A stretch of 62,430 bases of DNA, filler included, from an uncultured Myxococcia bacterium (GTDB lineage Bacteria > CAZTWC01): the NCBI GenBank assembly GCA_964617105.1. It is 8 parts of 8 records of this genome, joined end to end, with 100 filler letters (N's around TTAATTAATTAA, not from the genome) between each part and the next. Parts side by side here need not be neighbours in the genome. Positions count along the whole stretch, not along the records: positions 23,895 to 31,692 come from CAZTWC010000172.1; positions 31,793 to 39,501 come from CAZTWC010000174.1; positions 39,602 to 47,212 come from CAZTWC010000175.1; 5 more parts are not named here. One strand, given 5' to 3'. Of the stretch, positions 30,084 to 40,395 are shown piece after piece. Positions within the stretch are counted from its first letter, which is position 1, and each line of letters starts with the position of its first letter. The translations under genes were made by a program, and so were the position numbers. The notes beneath the pieces are model-generated. The model did not search any database, was not told the origin of the DNA, and saw only the letters and a program-made list of their open reading frames with translations.

Positions 30084-31692
30084 ATCTTTTCCACCCTTAC
30101 GGCACATTTTTTATAATCGGGCTCTTTGGAAATAGGACAAAAAGAATCGAGAGTCAATTCATTAATCAATTTACTGTCATCGAAAAAGGGGACGAAAACC
30201 TGTCCCGGAGGCGGAGTCCCCCGCCCTTTAATTCTGGCGGAAAGAACCATGTTGCCTCTCCGGCTGGTCAAACGGATCTTTTCTCCGCTCCTGATCCCCA
30301 GCCGCTTGGCATCCTGAGGATTTATCTCCACATAGGCTGAGGGAACAGCCCGGTGCAGCACCGGAACCCGGCGGGTCATGGTGCCCGTGTGCCAGTGCTC
30401 CAACACCCGGCCGGTATTTAGCCAGAAGGGATAGTCGCTGTCCGGTGACTCTGCTGGCGGCTCATAGGGACGGAACCAGACGATAGCCTTGTGGTCCGGT
30501 TTCCCATAAAAATCAAAATCTTTTCCCTTGGCGGCCGGGTCGTGTTTAGCATTGAAGCGCCATTGGGTCTCCTGGCCGTTGACAAAGGGCCAAATTACCC
30601 CGGAACGCCTTTTCAGCAACTTAAAAGGAGCCATAGAATGCTTGGGGTTGGCGTGGAACTGAATATACTCATTCCAGATCTCTTCTACGTGGGATTTCTC
30701 TTGGTAGGGAAACTGCTTGTTATAACCCATGTTTCTGGCTACTTCGATAATTTGCCAGGTATCACTCATGGCCTCTCCAGGCGGGGTGAGCAGTTGATCC
30801 CAGTGTTGGGTGCGCCGCTCGGAGTTGCCAAAAATCCCTTCCCGCTCTATCCACATGGCTGCCGGCAAAATCACATCGGCAACATCGGTGGTGGGGGTGG
30901 GGTAGACATCGGATACCACCAGAAAACGATCTTTTTTCTTTGCCCCGTTTCTGTAGCGCTTCAGATTGGGGATGGTAACCATGGGATTGGTAACCTGGAC
31001 CCACATAAAGCGGATATCCCCCCGGTCCAGAGCCCGAAACATCTCCACCGTATGGTAGGTTGGTTTGGGGTCAATATTTTTCTCCGGCACCTGCCAGATT
31101 TTGGCCGCCAACTTACGGGCTTTGGGTTTCATCACCACTCCGTGAGGCAATTTATGGGTAAGGGTTCCCACTTCACGCACGGTCCCGCAGGCGCTGGGCT
31201 GCCCGGTGAGAGAGAAGGGGCTGTTGCCCGGTGAAGAGATTTTGCCCACCAGCAGGTGAATATTGTAAATCAGGTTATTGATCCAAGTGCCCCGGGAATG
31301 CTGATTTACTCCCATGCACCAAAAACTGATCACCTTACGGTTGGGATCGCCAAATAATGAGGCCATATAGCGGATATCCGCCGCTTTGACGCCGGAGATC
31401 TTCTCCACCTTTTCCGGTGAATAGGGCTGGAGTAACTTTTTGAAAGACTCAAAACTCTCACCTTTAGGAGAATCTTTGAACTTAAAATGGTCTTTTAGCC
31501 CATAGCCGATATTGCTTTTTCCCGATTTGAAGGAGCAGTGTTTTTTCAGAAAGGCTTTGTTGATCTGATTGGTCCGAATCAGTTCGTGGCAAATAGCGTT
31601 GGCCACCGCCAGGTCGGTCTGAGGTTTAAACAGAAAAGATCTGTCGCTGCCATGGCTGGTTCTGGTTGTCCGGGTGCATAAATCGATAATCC
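30080..31692 (-). CDS. napA: Periplasmic nitrate reductase catalytic subunit, 5' end missing at contig edge
   Basis: PQTDLA, WCMGVNQH, PGNSPFSLTGQPSACGT.REVG, TGRVLEHWHTGTMT.RVP and CPISKEPDYKKCAV. Confidence 0.93.
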
Positions 31693-31792
31693 NNNNNNNN
31701 NNNNNNNNNNNNNNNNNNNNNNNNNNNNNNNNNNNNTTAATTAATTAANNNNNNNNNNNNNNNNNNNNNNNNNNNNNNNNNNNNNNNNNNNN
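31693..31792. other. Artificial contig linker
   Basis: 44 N + TTAATTAATTAA + 44 N. Confidence 0.98.
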
Positions 31793-32338
31793 ATAGAGGA
31801 TAATTGTCAAATGATTGCCCAGGCCAGGCAGGCCATGGTGGAGGGAAGTAGAAAGAGGGGTAAAATTGGTAAATTAATTATATCGACCAATCCTTTTATA
31901 CCCAAAGCGGCGACTCCTTTTCAGTGGTGCCGGGTAGCATCACCCTCCTATTTGCGAAAGGTGTACCGCCGTATGAAGAAGATGGAAGCCCTGGGAGGAA
32001 TATCCTGCTCCTTTATGCCGGTAAAGGAGGCGATGATACAGGCGGTTCTTTCCAGGGGCGATAGGAGGCTGTTTTCTTTGCTGGCTTCAGATGATCCGGC
32101 CCGGAGAATTTGGCAAACTATCAAAAGTAAAAATAGGGTTGCAGAACAATTTGACCCTGGTATTATTTTTAAACCCATGGAAGTTGGCACACCCTTGCCC
32201 TGGAGGTATATAGATCATGGTTTTTCGGAAGGTTTTTTAGCCAAAGAGAGAAAAAGAGCCGGGCAGGAAAAGATTACCGAACCCTGCAACTTTATAAATT
32301 GCAAACGTTGCGAAATCGGGTGCCATCGGAAAAGTTAA
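31793..32338 (+). CDS. Radical SAM protein (TIGR03960-like), 3' part
   Basis: NPFIPKAATPFQW, QAVLSRGDRR, LPW.YIDHG and terminal CxxC; frame is open from the contig edge. Confidence 0.75.
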   Translation: MEDNCQMIAQARQAMVEGSRKRGKIGKLIISTNPFIPKAATPFQWCRVASPSYLRKVYRRMKKMEALGGISCSFMPVKEAMIQAVLSRGDRRLFSLLASDDPARRIWQTIKSKNRVAEQFDPGIIFKPMEVGTPLPWRYIDHGFSEGFLAKERKRAGQEKITEPCNFINCKRCEIGCHRKS

Positions 32339-32357
32339 TAGTCAGGAGATAGATAAA

Positions 32358-33338
32358 ATGTTTTTAGAAAATAAAACTCTGTTGATCACCGGAGGTACCG
32401 GCTCGTTTGGTTCCCGGTTAGTGGAGCGTCTATTGGCATCACCGGCCCCGCCGGCGATTATAAGGATATTCAGCCGTGACGAACAGAAGCATTTTCAGAT
32501 GGCCAGAGAATTGCACAATCGGACCGGCCGGGTTAAGTTGCAGTTTGTGATCGGCGATATTCGAGATTACCACAGTATCAAAAAAGCGGTAAACCAGGTG
32601 GATATGGTAGTGCACACTGCTGCTATGAAACATGTGCCCCTGGCCGAAGATAATCCCCTGGAGGCAGTTAAAACCAATATTTTAGGTACCGCCAATTTGG
32701 TCCGGGCCTGCCAGGAAGAGGGAGTAGAGAAGGTGCTGGGATTCAGCACCGACAAGGCTGCCAATCCCATCAATCTGTACGGCGCCACTAAACTCTGCTC
32801 CGACAAGTTGCTTATTCAGGCCAACCAGGATTTGGGTAACCAAAAAGAGGTCAGTTTCAGTTCGGTAAGGTACGGTAATGTTATGGAGAGCCGGGGCGGG
32901 GTTTTGGCCCTGTTCAAGGAGATTGGTCCGGGAGGCGAGATTCCCCTTACTCACCTGGAGATCACCCGATTTTGGATTACTATGGATAGGAGTTTGGATT
33001 TTGTCCTCTTTAGTTTGAAAACCATGCAGGGAGGAGAGATTTTTGTCCCCAAAGTAGCAGCCATGAAAGTGGTGGACATTGCCCGGACAGTGGCGCCGGG
33101 TTGTAGTTTCAACATAACTGGCCTAAGACCGGGAGATAAACTGCAGGAAGTGCTTATTCCCCTGGAAGATGGTATAAATACCTTGGAGTATGATCAACAC
33201 TATCTGGTTTTGCCCCCCTGGTTTAACCGAAATAACCAGGTGTATAAACAGGGTAAACCAGTCCCGGAGGGGTTTTGTTACACGACCCAGAAAAATTGCC
33301 GGAAGATGACCAAAGATGAACTGTTGAAGTTGTTATAA
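32358..33338 (+). CDS. pseB: UDP-N-acetylglucosamine 4,6-dehydratase (inverting)
   Basis: TGGTGSFG, FSRDEQK, AAMKHVP, STDKAANPINLYGATK, VRYGNV, TRFWIT and GGEIFVPK. Confidence 0.85.
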   Translation: MFLENKTLLITGGTGSFGSRLVERLLASPAPPAIIRIFSRDEQKHFQMARELHNRTGRVKLQFVIGDIRDYHSIKKAVNQVDMVVHTAAMKHVPLAEDNPLEAVKTNILGTANLVRACQEEGVEKVLGFSTDKAANPINLYGATKLCSDKLLIQANQDLGNQKEVSFSSVRYGNVMESRGGVLALFKEIGPGGEIPLTHLEITRFWITMDRSLDFVLFSLKTMQGGEIFVPKVAAMKVVDIARTVAPGCSFNITGLRPGDKLQEVLIPLEDGINTLEYDQHYLVLPPWFNRNNQVYKQGKPVPEGFCYTTQKNCRKMTKDELLKLL

Positions 33339-33370
33339 GGAGTTCGGCCAACTGAGAATAATTATAGATT

Positions 33371-36300
33371 ATGACCGATGTAGATTTATCATACCGGCAG
33401 ATAAGCCTTTTTCTTAAAAAAGCGGGCACCGTGTTTTTACAACGCCAATTGCTTCGTGGCGGTAACCATCTTGTCCTGCTGGTCCTGCTATTGTTGTTTC
33501 CCATCTATTTGACTGGACTTTTCAACTACTGGAATATTGCCTTTCGAGGTGGATTATGGCTGGTTATTTTTGTGGTGATGCTGTTTCTGTTTTACCGGCA
33601 GGCTCTAAAACCCTGGCTTTTTTCCCGGCAGGCGATGAACATGGCCTGCCTGGTGGAAGAGAAAACCTTTGGATTGTATAATTACCTCACCACCTCAGTA
33701 GAGTTGTATCCCCGGCTGGCTGACCTTCGGCAGCGGCCCTATATCTCGGCTGACTTAACTGAAGAGGTTATCGGTGAATGCGCTAAAAAGGTTTCCTCCC
33801 TGGATGTGGATACAATTTTTCGGTCAAAAAGTTCCCAGGGAACACCAAAATTGTTTATCCTTTTACTAGTTGTTCATCTGCTTATTGTTGCTTTTTGGCC
33901 CGGTTTTGTGGGCAACACTCTGAGCATATTTTTGGTTGGGCGGCATAATTCCAGTCTGGAGTCCAGGTCTGGAATCACCCTGGGAAGCGGAGATTTCCAG
34001 ATAACCTATCATTATCCTACCTATTCACGATTGGACACCCGGCTGGTTCAGGGCGGCAGCGGTCATATAGAAGCCCTAAAAGGCACCGAAGTTAAACTTC
34101 AGGTACGGGTTGACAAAGCGGTAACCCAGGCTTCCCTGGTTTACAAAGATCAAAATATCCCTTTGCAAATAAGTCAGGGAAAGATTCTCAACGGTAAGTT
34201 GATGTTGATATCGGCCGGAAAATACTATATCAGCGCTCAGGGAGAAGGCGGTCAGGTATTAAATAGCGCTAAAAAGGGTGTAAAAGTTGTGCCGGATAGA
34301 TATCCTAAAGTGACCTTGATAAGTCCCAAAGGAAATCTGGAGAAGACTGTAGAGGATAATCTAGAGATATGGTTTGACCTGCAGGATGATTTTGGCTTGA
34401 AAAAAATAGATTTGGTTATGAAAGAGTTGGCCCAGGAAGAGGAGAAGAGTTTTACTATCAAAGAGTTTGTGGATAACCCTAAAAATTATCACGGCTCGTA
34501 TAGTATAAATTTGGCCGCAGATCCTTTCAAACCTGGACAAAAATGGGCCTACTATCTGGTTGTCTATGACAATGACATGGTTTCCGGATCAAAAAAGAGC
34601 ACCTCTCCCTCCCGCTATTTAAATATATTTTCCTTCCGAAAACAACTCCACCAATATCTGGACAGAATTGAGCAATTGTGGGAGGAGTTAATCGCCCGGT
34701 TGGATGAGGAACTCAACCAGCAGGAAGTGCTCCAAAAGAGCATAGAAACCTGGGATCTTGGTGAGCATAAACTGGGGGTTAAAAAAAATATTTCCACCAC
34801 CAGGTTGACCAATTGGCTTAACAAGTTGAAAATTCTTTTTCAGGAGATGGGTCAAAATCCCTATTCTTCTCAACAATTGCTAGCCGCCCTGGAAAACATC
34901 TATGACAATTTACTTCGGAAAAAACATTTCAAACACCGGAAATTAACCTATGTAAAAACATTGCCCGAAAAGCGATCACCCGTAGGATTGACAGGTTTGC
35001 GGCATTTGCACTATGCTGTCCAGGAGTTGGTAAAGGAGGTGGAAAACGATATTATTTATATGGAGGATATATTTCAGAAAAGCAAACTGGACGAGTTGAT
35101 CAGGCGAGGTAAGGAATTGTTGGAGGCCCAGAAAGAGTTGGCGGAACTGCTGCAAAAATATCGAGAACAGGCTAATGAAGAGATGAAGAAGCAACTTCAA
35201 TCCCGTATAGCCAGGTTACAGGAGGAGATAAAAAAATTGATGGAGGAGGTGGCCGCTCTTCAGAAGGGTGGCTTTGACAATGAACATTTAAACAGGGAAG
35301 CGCTTCGAGAGATGGAGATGTTATCCAAATTGCCCGATATACAGCGGCAATTGGAGATGGGTAAACTGGAGGAAGCCGCTCTGAAATTACAGGAGATGAG
35401 TGCCTCTTTGAGTAATTTTTTAAGTGCGGCTCAAAATGCTCAAATTCAGTTCGGCGCGGTCAAATACCAGCAATTGATGGACCAGTTGAACAAATTTTCC
35501 CGTGATTTTGACTATCTGGAGCGAGAGGAAAAAAAGATTAAAGATGAGACTCAAAAAGCGGTATCCAGGTATAGAAAACAGTTGCACAAGAAGATGGCCA
35601 ACCGCATAAAATCTTTAACTGCCGTTATAAAAAAGAAAATTGCCCAAATGCATAAACTATTGAATCAGGTGAATCAATTGAGCCGGCAACAGGCGGAAAA
35701 AAAGGAGATGGTCCACCGCCGCCTGGCCGATATTGGGCTAATGATAAAACACCATGATTTTATGCAGGCTTTGCAAATGGCCAAAGAGGCTCAGCAAAAA
35801 CTGTTGCCTATAAAGCATTGGGTGGCCAGAGAATTAAAATGGAAGAAAGATCCCCAAAAGAAGAAAGAGTGGAAAAAACAGGACTCTCGCCTGGCCAGGG
35901 GGGTGGCTTTGATGAAAGAGATTGTTGCTGATTTGCAAAAGTTCTTTCCTGACACCCGGGAAATATTGACTCCAAAAGAGTTGCAATCCCTAAAGCGATT
36001 GGCCAGAGAGCAAAAAAGTATGGCCCAAAAATGCGATAAGTTGAAAAATCAAATGGGCAAATTGGGTGGCCAAATGCCCCTTTTTAACCAGGAGATGTCC
36101 CAAATGATGGACCAAACTGGCGCTGAGATGAAAAGCGCCCATAAAAACCTGGAAAATGCCGACCCAGCCCAGGCGCTGGAGAGAGAGAAAGCTGCTCTGG
36201 AGAAGTTGGCGGGTTTGAGAAAAGAGATGCAAAATGCCCGGCAGTTGATGGCGGGCGGCTCTGGGATGCCCATGCCTTTTTCAAAGATGAACCGTAGGCA

Positions 36301-36475
36301 AAGGCGTGGAATGGGCCGGGGCTGGTTAGATCGCCAGAAGGTGGAGATACCGGGGAGTGACAAATACCGGGTGCCCAAGGAGTTTAGGGAGGATATTCTC
36401 AAAGCCTTAAAAGACCGCTTTCCCAAAGGGTACGAGCGGGAGATAAAAGATTACTACGAGAAGTTGGTGAGGTAG
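33371..36475 (+). CDS. DUF4175-like membrane-anchored large coiled-coil protein
   Basis: Three N-terminal transmembrane helices, an Ig-like region (YPTYS, DDFGL), long Q/E/K helical repeats, and C-terminal P..Y...I..YYEKL. Confidence 0.7.
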   Translation: MTDVDLSYRQISLFLKKAGTVFLQRQLLRGGNHLVLLVLLLLFPIYLTGLFNYWNIAFRGGLWLVIFVVMLFLFYRQALKPWLFSRQAMNMACLVEEKTFGLYNYLTTSVELYPRLADLRQRPYISADLTEEVIGECAKKVSSLDVDTIFRSKSSQGTPKLFILLLVVHLLIVAFWPGFVGNTLSIFLVGRHNSSLESRSGITLGSGDFQITYHYPTYSRLDTRLVQGGSGHIEALKGTEVKLQVRVDKAVTQASLVYKDQNIPLQISQGKILNGKLMLISAGKYYISAQGEGGQVLNSAKKGVKVVPDRYPKVTLISPKGNLEKTVEDNLEIWFDLQDDFGLKKIDLVMKELAQEEEKSFTIKEFVDNPKNYHGSYSINLAADPFKPGQKWAYYLVVYDNDMVSGSKKSTSPSRYLNIFSFRKQLHQYLDRIEQLWEELIARLDEELNQQEVLQKSIETWDLGEHKLGVKKNISTTRLTNWLNKLKILFQEMGQNPYSSQQLLAALENIYDNLLRKKHFKHRKLTYVKTLPEKRSPVGLTGLRHLHYAVQELVKEVENDIIYMEDIFQKSKLDELIRRGKELLEAQKELAELLQKYREQANEEMKKQLQSRIARLQEEIKKLMEEVAALQKGGFDNEHLNREALREMEMLSKLPDIQRQLEMGKLEEAALKLQEMSASLSNFLSAAQNAQIQFGAVKYQQLMDQLNKFSRDFDYLEREEKKIKDETQKAVSRYRKQLHKKMANRIKSLTAVIKKKIAQMHKLLNQVNQLSRQQAEKKEMVHRRLADIGLMIKHHDFMQALQMAKEAQQKLLPIKHWVARELKWKKDPQKKKEWKKQDSRLARGVALMKEIVADLQKFFPDTREILTPKELQSLKRLAREQKSMAQKCDKLKNQMGKLGGQMPLFNQEMSQMMDQTGAEMKSAHKNLENADPAQALEREKAALEKLAGLRKEMQNARQLMAGGSGMPMPFSKMNRRQRRGMGRGWLDRQKVEIPGSDKYRVPKEFREDILKALKDRFPKGYEREIKDYYEKLVR

Positions 36476-36482
36476 AGTTAAC

Positions 36483-38123
36483 ATGTGGCTCAAGATAATC
36501 AATTTTCAGATAGTGTTTACCCGGCCTATCTCATTAATATATTTATTGTTTAGATTGCTGCCTTTAGTTTGCCTACCCGTCCTCTCTTTTGGCAATCAAC
36601 CGCAGATAGTTAGCCCTGTCGGCAGGATTCACCAATTAATAGACAATTGGCAAATCTCCCAGGCCCAGGATGCTTATGCCAAACTAGCAGAGAGCCGGCC
36701 AAAGGACCCAGAAGTAAAGTTTATCAAAGTGAGGCTGGATTTTAACTATGGAAACTTCAAGGCCGCCCAGGTAGAGATGGAAAAACTCCCGCTAGATTCT
36801 TCTCCGGGATTAAAGCGCTTTCAGGAGTTGATATCCAAAACCGTCTCAGTGGTCAGGGATTACCAGAATGTGGAGGGCGAGCACTTTTCTGTTTTTTTTC
36901 CTCCTGGAAAAGATGAGATTCTGCCAGAATATACTCTGCAGGCTCTGGAGGCAGGTTTTCAGAAATTGACCAGGATGCTGGAGGTCTCTGTGCCGGAAAA
37001 AGTGCAGGTGTTTTTTCTCTCCGGCCCCAAGCAGTTGTCTCAGGTGAGCACTCTGCAATTAGATGCCATTGAAACCACTGGCACCATTGCTATTTGTAAG
37101 TTTAACCGTTTGATGGTGATAAGTCCCCGGGCCATGTTGTTGGGTTATAGGTGGCTGGATACCCTGGTTCACGAGTTTGTTCACTTTTTGATCAATAAAA
37201 AAACCAGCAACCGGGTGCCAATTTGGCTGCACGAGGGATTGGCCAGATATTTGGAAACCCGGTGGCGTTCGGATGCTCCCGAGGGCCTTTCTCCTACTGA
37301 TCGTTCTCTGTTGCGCTTAGCAGCCCTAAAAGGGAAATTGATAACTTTTCAGCAGATGCACCCCTCTATGGCTCTGCTGCCATCCCAGGAGGATTCTACT
37401 CTGGCCTTTGCCGAAGTTTATAGTTTAATAGATTTTTTGGTAAAAAAACAGGGTACTAAGGTGCTGGCTCGAATATTGGGCTTGATTGCCGCTGGTAAAG
37501 ATGCTCAACAGGCGGTGGCTGACGCTATGGACACTGATTTTTCGGTATTAGAGAAAAATTGGAAACAGAGTCTAAAAAATGTAAAGGTCCATCCAGGGGT
37601 TAGATTCAATCCCAGAGAGTTTGCCATTGGCAGAGATAAACAAGCGGAAAAGGGGTTGAAAAAGGATTTGGAAGCCCGGCGGGCCGGGCGGTTTTTCCAT
37701 TTGGGAGAGTTGCTGCGGCAGCGGGGGTTTAAAAAAAGTGCAATAAAAGAGTTTGAAAAGGCTATGAAAGAGGTGGAAAAAGGTAAGGAACCTCATCCCC
37801 GCAACTATCCACTTTTAATAAACCGGCTGGCCAGATTGCTTTTGGAGTTGAAAGAGTTTAGAAAAGCGCGCCCGATTCTGGAGGATAGTGTAAAATTGTA
37901 CCCCGATTTTCTCTATACCTATTTGAACCTGGGCAGATGGCATTTAATAAACCGAAATTATCAGTCTGCCCGAGATTATTACCAACAGGGATTGGCCATT
38001 AACCCCTTTAACCCCGAAATTCACCTGGCCCTGGCCAAGATCTATAAAGAAATGGGACAGCCGGAGGCGCAAGAGCGGGAGCAGCAAATATATCATAAAC
38101 TCCAACGCTATGGCGGGTATTAG
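36483..38123 (+). CDS. Exported peptidase MA-like zinc metallopeptidase with TPR repeats
   Basis: HEFVH and PIWLHEGLA gluzincin motifs; C-terminal TPRs (GLAINPFNPEIH). Confidence 0.8.
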   Translation: MWLKIINFQIVFTRPISLIYLLFRLLPLVCLPVLSFGNQPQIVSPVGRIHQLIDNWQISQAQDAYAKLAESRPKDPEVKFIKVRLDFNYGNFKAAQVEMEKLPLDSSPGLKRFQELISKTVSVVRDYQNVEGEHFSVFFPPGKDEILPEYTLQALEAGFQKLTRMLEVSVPEKVQVFFLSGPKQLSQVSTLQLDAIETTGTIAICKFNRLMVISPRAMLLGYRWLDTLVHEFVHFLINKKTSNRVPIWLHEGLARYLETRWRSDAPEGLSPTDRSLLRLAALKGKLITFQQMHPSMALLPSQEDSTLAFAEVYSLIDFLVKKQGTKVLARILGLIAAGKDAQQAVADAMDTDFSVLEKNWKQSLKNVKVHPGVRFNPREFAIGRDKQAEKGLKKDLEARRAGRFFHLGELLRQRGFKKSAIKEFEKAMKEVEKGKEPHPRNYPLLINRLARLLLELKEFRKARPILEDSVKLYPDFLYTYLNLGRWHLINRNYQSARDYYQQGLAINPFNPEIHLALAKIYKEMGQPEAQEREQQIYHKLQRYGGY

Positions 38124-38241
38124 AAAAACCCATAAAAAAACTTGATAATTAATTTGCATTAACAGATAAAGGGTAGTACCTGAAATCAGATTATTCTTAT
38201 CACATTGAGGTCCAACTTGAATTTAGACCGGGAGGTGAATT

Positions 38242-39072
38242 ATGAAAGGACAGGAAAAGTTAACCTTTGTGGAATTGAGAAAATTAGCTGGTAAATATAA
38301 GATTGCCGGTCGCAGTTCTATGAATAAAAAACAGTTGATGGCCGCCCTGAAAGATTTTCCCGAAGTAGAGAAAGTGGTGCAGAAAAAGGCTGCTTCTATT
38401 AAGGTAAAAACTAAAAAGAGCGCCAAAAAGAGCGCCAAAAAGGGAGTTGCTCAGGTATTAACCCCTGGGGTAACTTCTGGCTCTCAAAAAAAATCAGCGC
38501 CCAAGATTACCGCGCCGGTTTTACCCGATAGAAAACCCTATATTGATAATGGCCCTCCGTTGCCGTCTGACTATGGTGATAACCGCCTGGTAACTATGGT
38601 GAGGGACCCGGGTTGCATCTATATTTACTGGGAGGTTGCCCAGGAAAAACTGGCTGATTTCCAAAAGCAAATTGGCCATAAAAATATTGATTCCGGCAAG
38701 TGGTGTCTGCAGGTTTTTAGGGATGAACAATTGGTCGCAGAAGAGGTGATCAGGCTGGATGCCAATTCCTGGTATATTGATGTGCCCCAGGCCGAGATGT
38801 GCCTGGTGGAGATGGGGATTAAAACTTCGGACGACGTTTTTCATTCGTTTCTAAATGCCAAAGAGGTGGGAATACCTCGCCAGGAGCCTGAATATGAGGA
38901 AAATCTTTGGGCTTCCCGCGATGATAAGATGAATTTAACTGATGTGGACTATAAGGCCAAGCGGATATTTCCCTCATTTAATAAGCCGGGTGATGATGCC
39001 CCTTCTTCTGCAGTATTGGCCGGCAAGTCATTATCTTCGCCAGGTGGCGGTTGGCAACACAAAAAAAAGTGA
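38242..39072 (+). CDS. DUF4912 protein with N-terminal Rho-N-like domain
   Basis: ELRKLA...I.GRSSMNKKQL, then LPSDYGDNRLVTMVRDP...YWEV and WYI. Confidence 0.8.
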   Translation: MKGQEKLTFVELRKLAGKYKIAGRSSMNKKQLMAALKDFPEVEKVVQKKAASIKVKTKKSAKKSAKKGVAQVLTPGVTSGSQKKSAPKITAPVLPDRKPYIDNGPPLPSDYGDNRLVTMVRDPGCIYIYWEVAQEKLADFQKQIGHKNIDSGKWCLQVFRDEQLVAEEVIRLDANSWYIDVPQAEMCLVEMGIKTSDDVFHSFLNAKEVGIPRQEPEYEENLWASRDDKMNLTDVDYKAKRIFPSFNKPGDDAPSSAVLAGKSLSSPGGGWQHKKK

Positions 39073-39087
39073 TGAAGGGAGTGAATA

Positions 39088-39501
39088 ATGGCTGATGGTT
39101 GTTTATCTATGGTGCTTCACGCCCATCTACCTTTTGTCCGCCATCCTGAGCACCAGGAGTTTTTAGAGGAAGACTGGTTTTTCTCGGCCTGTATAGAGAC
39201 CTATATTCCGCTATTGGCGGCCTATCAACGGCTGTTGGAAGAGGGGGTGGATTTTCGTATCACCATGTCGGTGACCCCGCCCCTTTGCGAGATGATGGCA
39301 GATTCTCTTTTACAGCAACGCTTCAAAAGACACCTGAATAACTTGATCTCCTTAATGGAACGAGAAAAGACAGGAGAAGTGGGAGTAGCCAAGTTAAAAG
39401 ATTTTTATCATAAGCGCTATCTCCAGGTCCAGGATATCTACTTAAACAAATGGAATGGAAATCTGCTTAATGGTTTTAACTTTTTTCAGCAGCAGGGAGT
39501 G
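39088..39501 (+). CDS. GH57 1,4-alpha-glucan branching enzyme, truncated by contig end
   Basis: VLHAHLPFVRHPE, EEDW...ETYIPLL and SVTPPL.EM. Confidence 0.9.
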
Positions 39502-39601
39502 NNNNNNNNNNNNNNNNNNNNNNNNNNNNNNNNNNNNNNNNNNNNTTAATTAATTAANNNNNNNNNNNNNNNNNNNNNNNNNNNNNNNNNNNNNNNNNNN
39601 N
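39502..39601. other. Artificial contig linker
   Basis: 44 N + TTAATTAATTAA + 44 N. Confidence 0.98.
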
Positions 39602-40375
39602 ATTGATTTCAATTTCTTTGGTATTAAAGAAACCACTGTCTCGTAAGACAGCAATTTTTTCAATATGCCCAATATAGCGAAGTGTCTTTTCCTTGCGATT
39701 GGGGGCTTTGATGGTGTGAATCATAGTTCGAAGGCCATCGCTATTGAATGCTTCTAAGGTTCCTATCCCAGGGAATTCGATCAATTCTGGTTCAGAAAGC
39801 GCTGGACGAACCACTAATGTTCCGTTTTCAACAAAGCGAGCCGGGCGAGTGTATTCTTCAATTACATCGGTTGGAGAAAAACCGGCCTTATATTCATAGG
39901 GCCATTCTCGCACCTCGGGTAATCCTCCAACGTAAGTAACGGCAGTTTCGCTGGTGTCCATGAGGCTCTCAGCATATCCGGTAAGCAGATTGCTCATACC
40001 GGGAGCCACGCCGCAATCAACAATTGCGGTAACGTCATTGGCTTTGGCAAGTTTGTCTAATTCCAATGTGTTTTCTGGGCAAAACGCGATATCAACCACC
40101 TTGCGTTTGGCCTCTAAAATTGTTCGCAACGTTTTGAACCCCATAAAACCAGGAACGGCGTTCAAAACAAAATCGTGGTTTTTTACCAATGAGGCCACTT
40201 TTTTGGGGTTGGAAAGGTCGGTTTTAATGGTGGAAACTCTTGGTTCTCGGAAATGTAAATTATCGAGAGTTCGCTTATTTAAATCCGCAACCGTAACTTC
40301 AAAAGAACTATCCTTAGCAAGGTCAATGGCCATAGGTGCGCCTACAAGGCCGGCACCCAATACGATAACTTTCAT
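39602..40375 (-). CDS. Saccharopine dehydrogenase-like / lysine 6-dehydrogenase-type oxidoreductase, truncated
   Basis: Real start is likely MKVIVLGAGLVG (ATG 40375, GGAGA RBS), not the longer ORF. Motifs DCGVAPGMSN, YVGGLP, EEYTRP, DGLRT and EKTLRY.GH. Confidence 0.85.
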
Positions 40376-40395
40376 AATCTTCTCCGTAAATCCAA

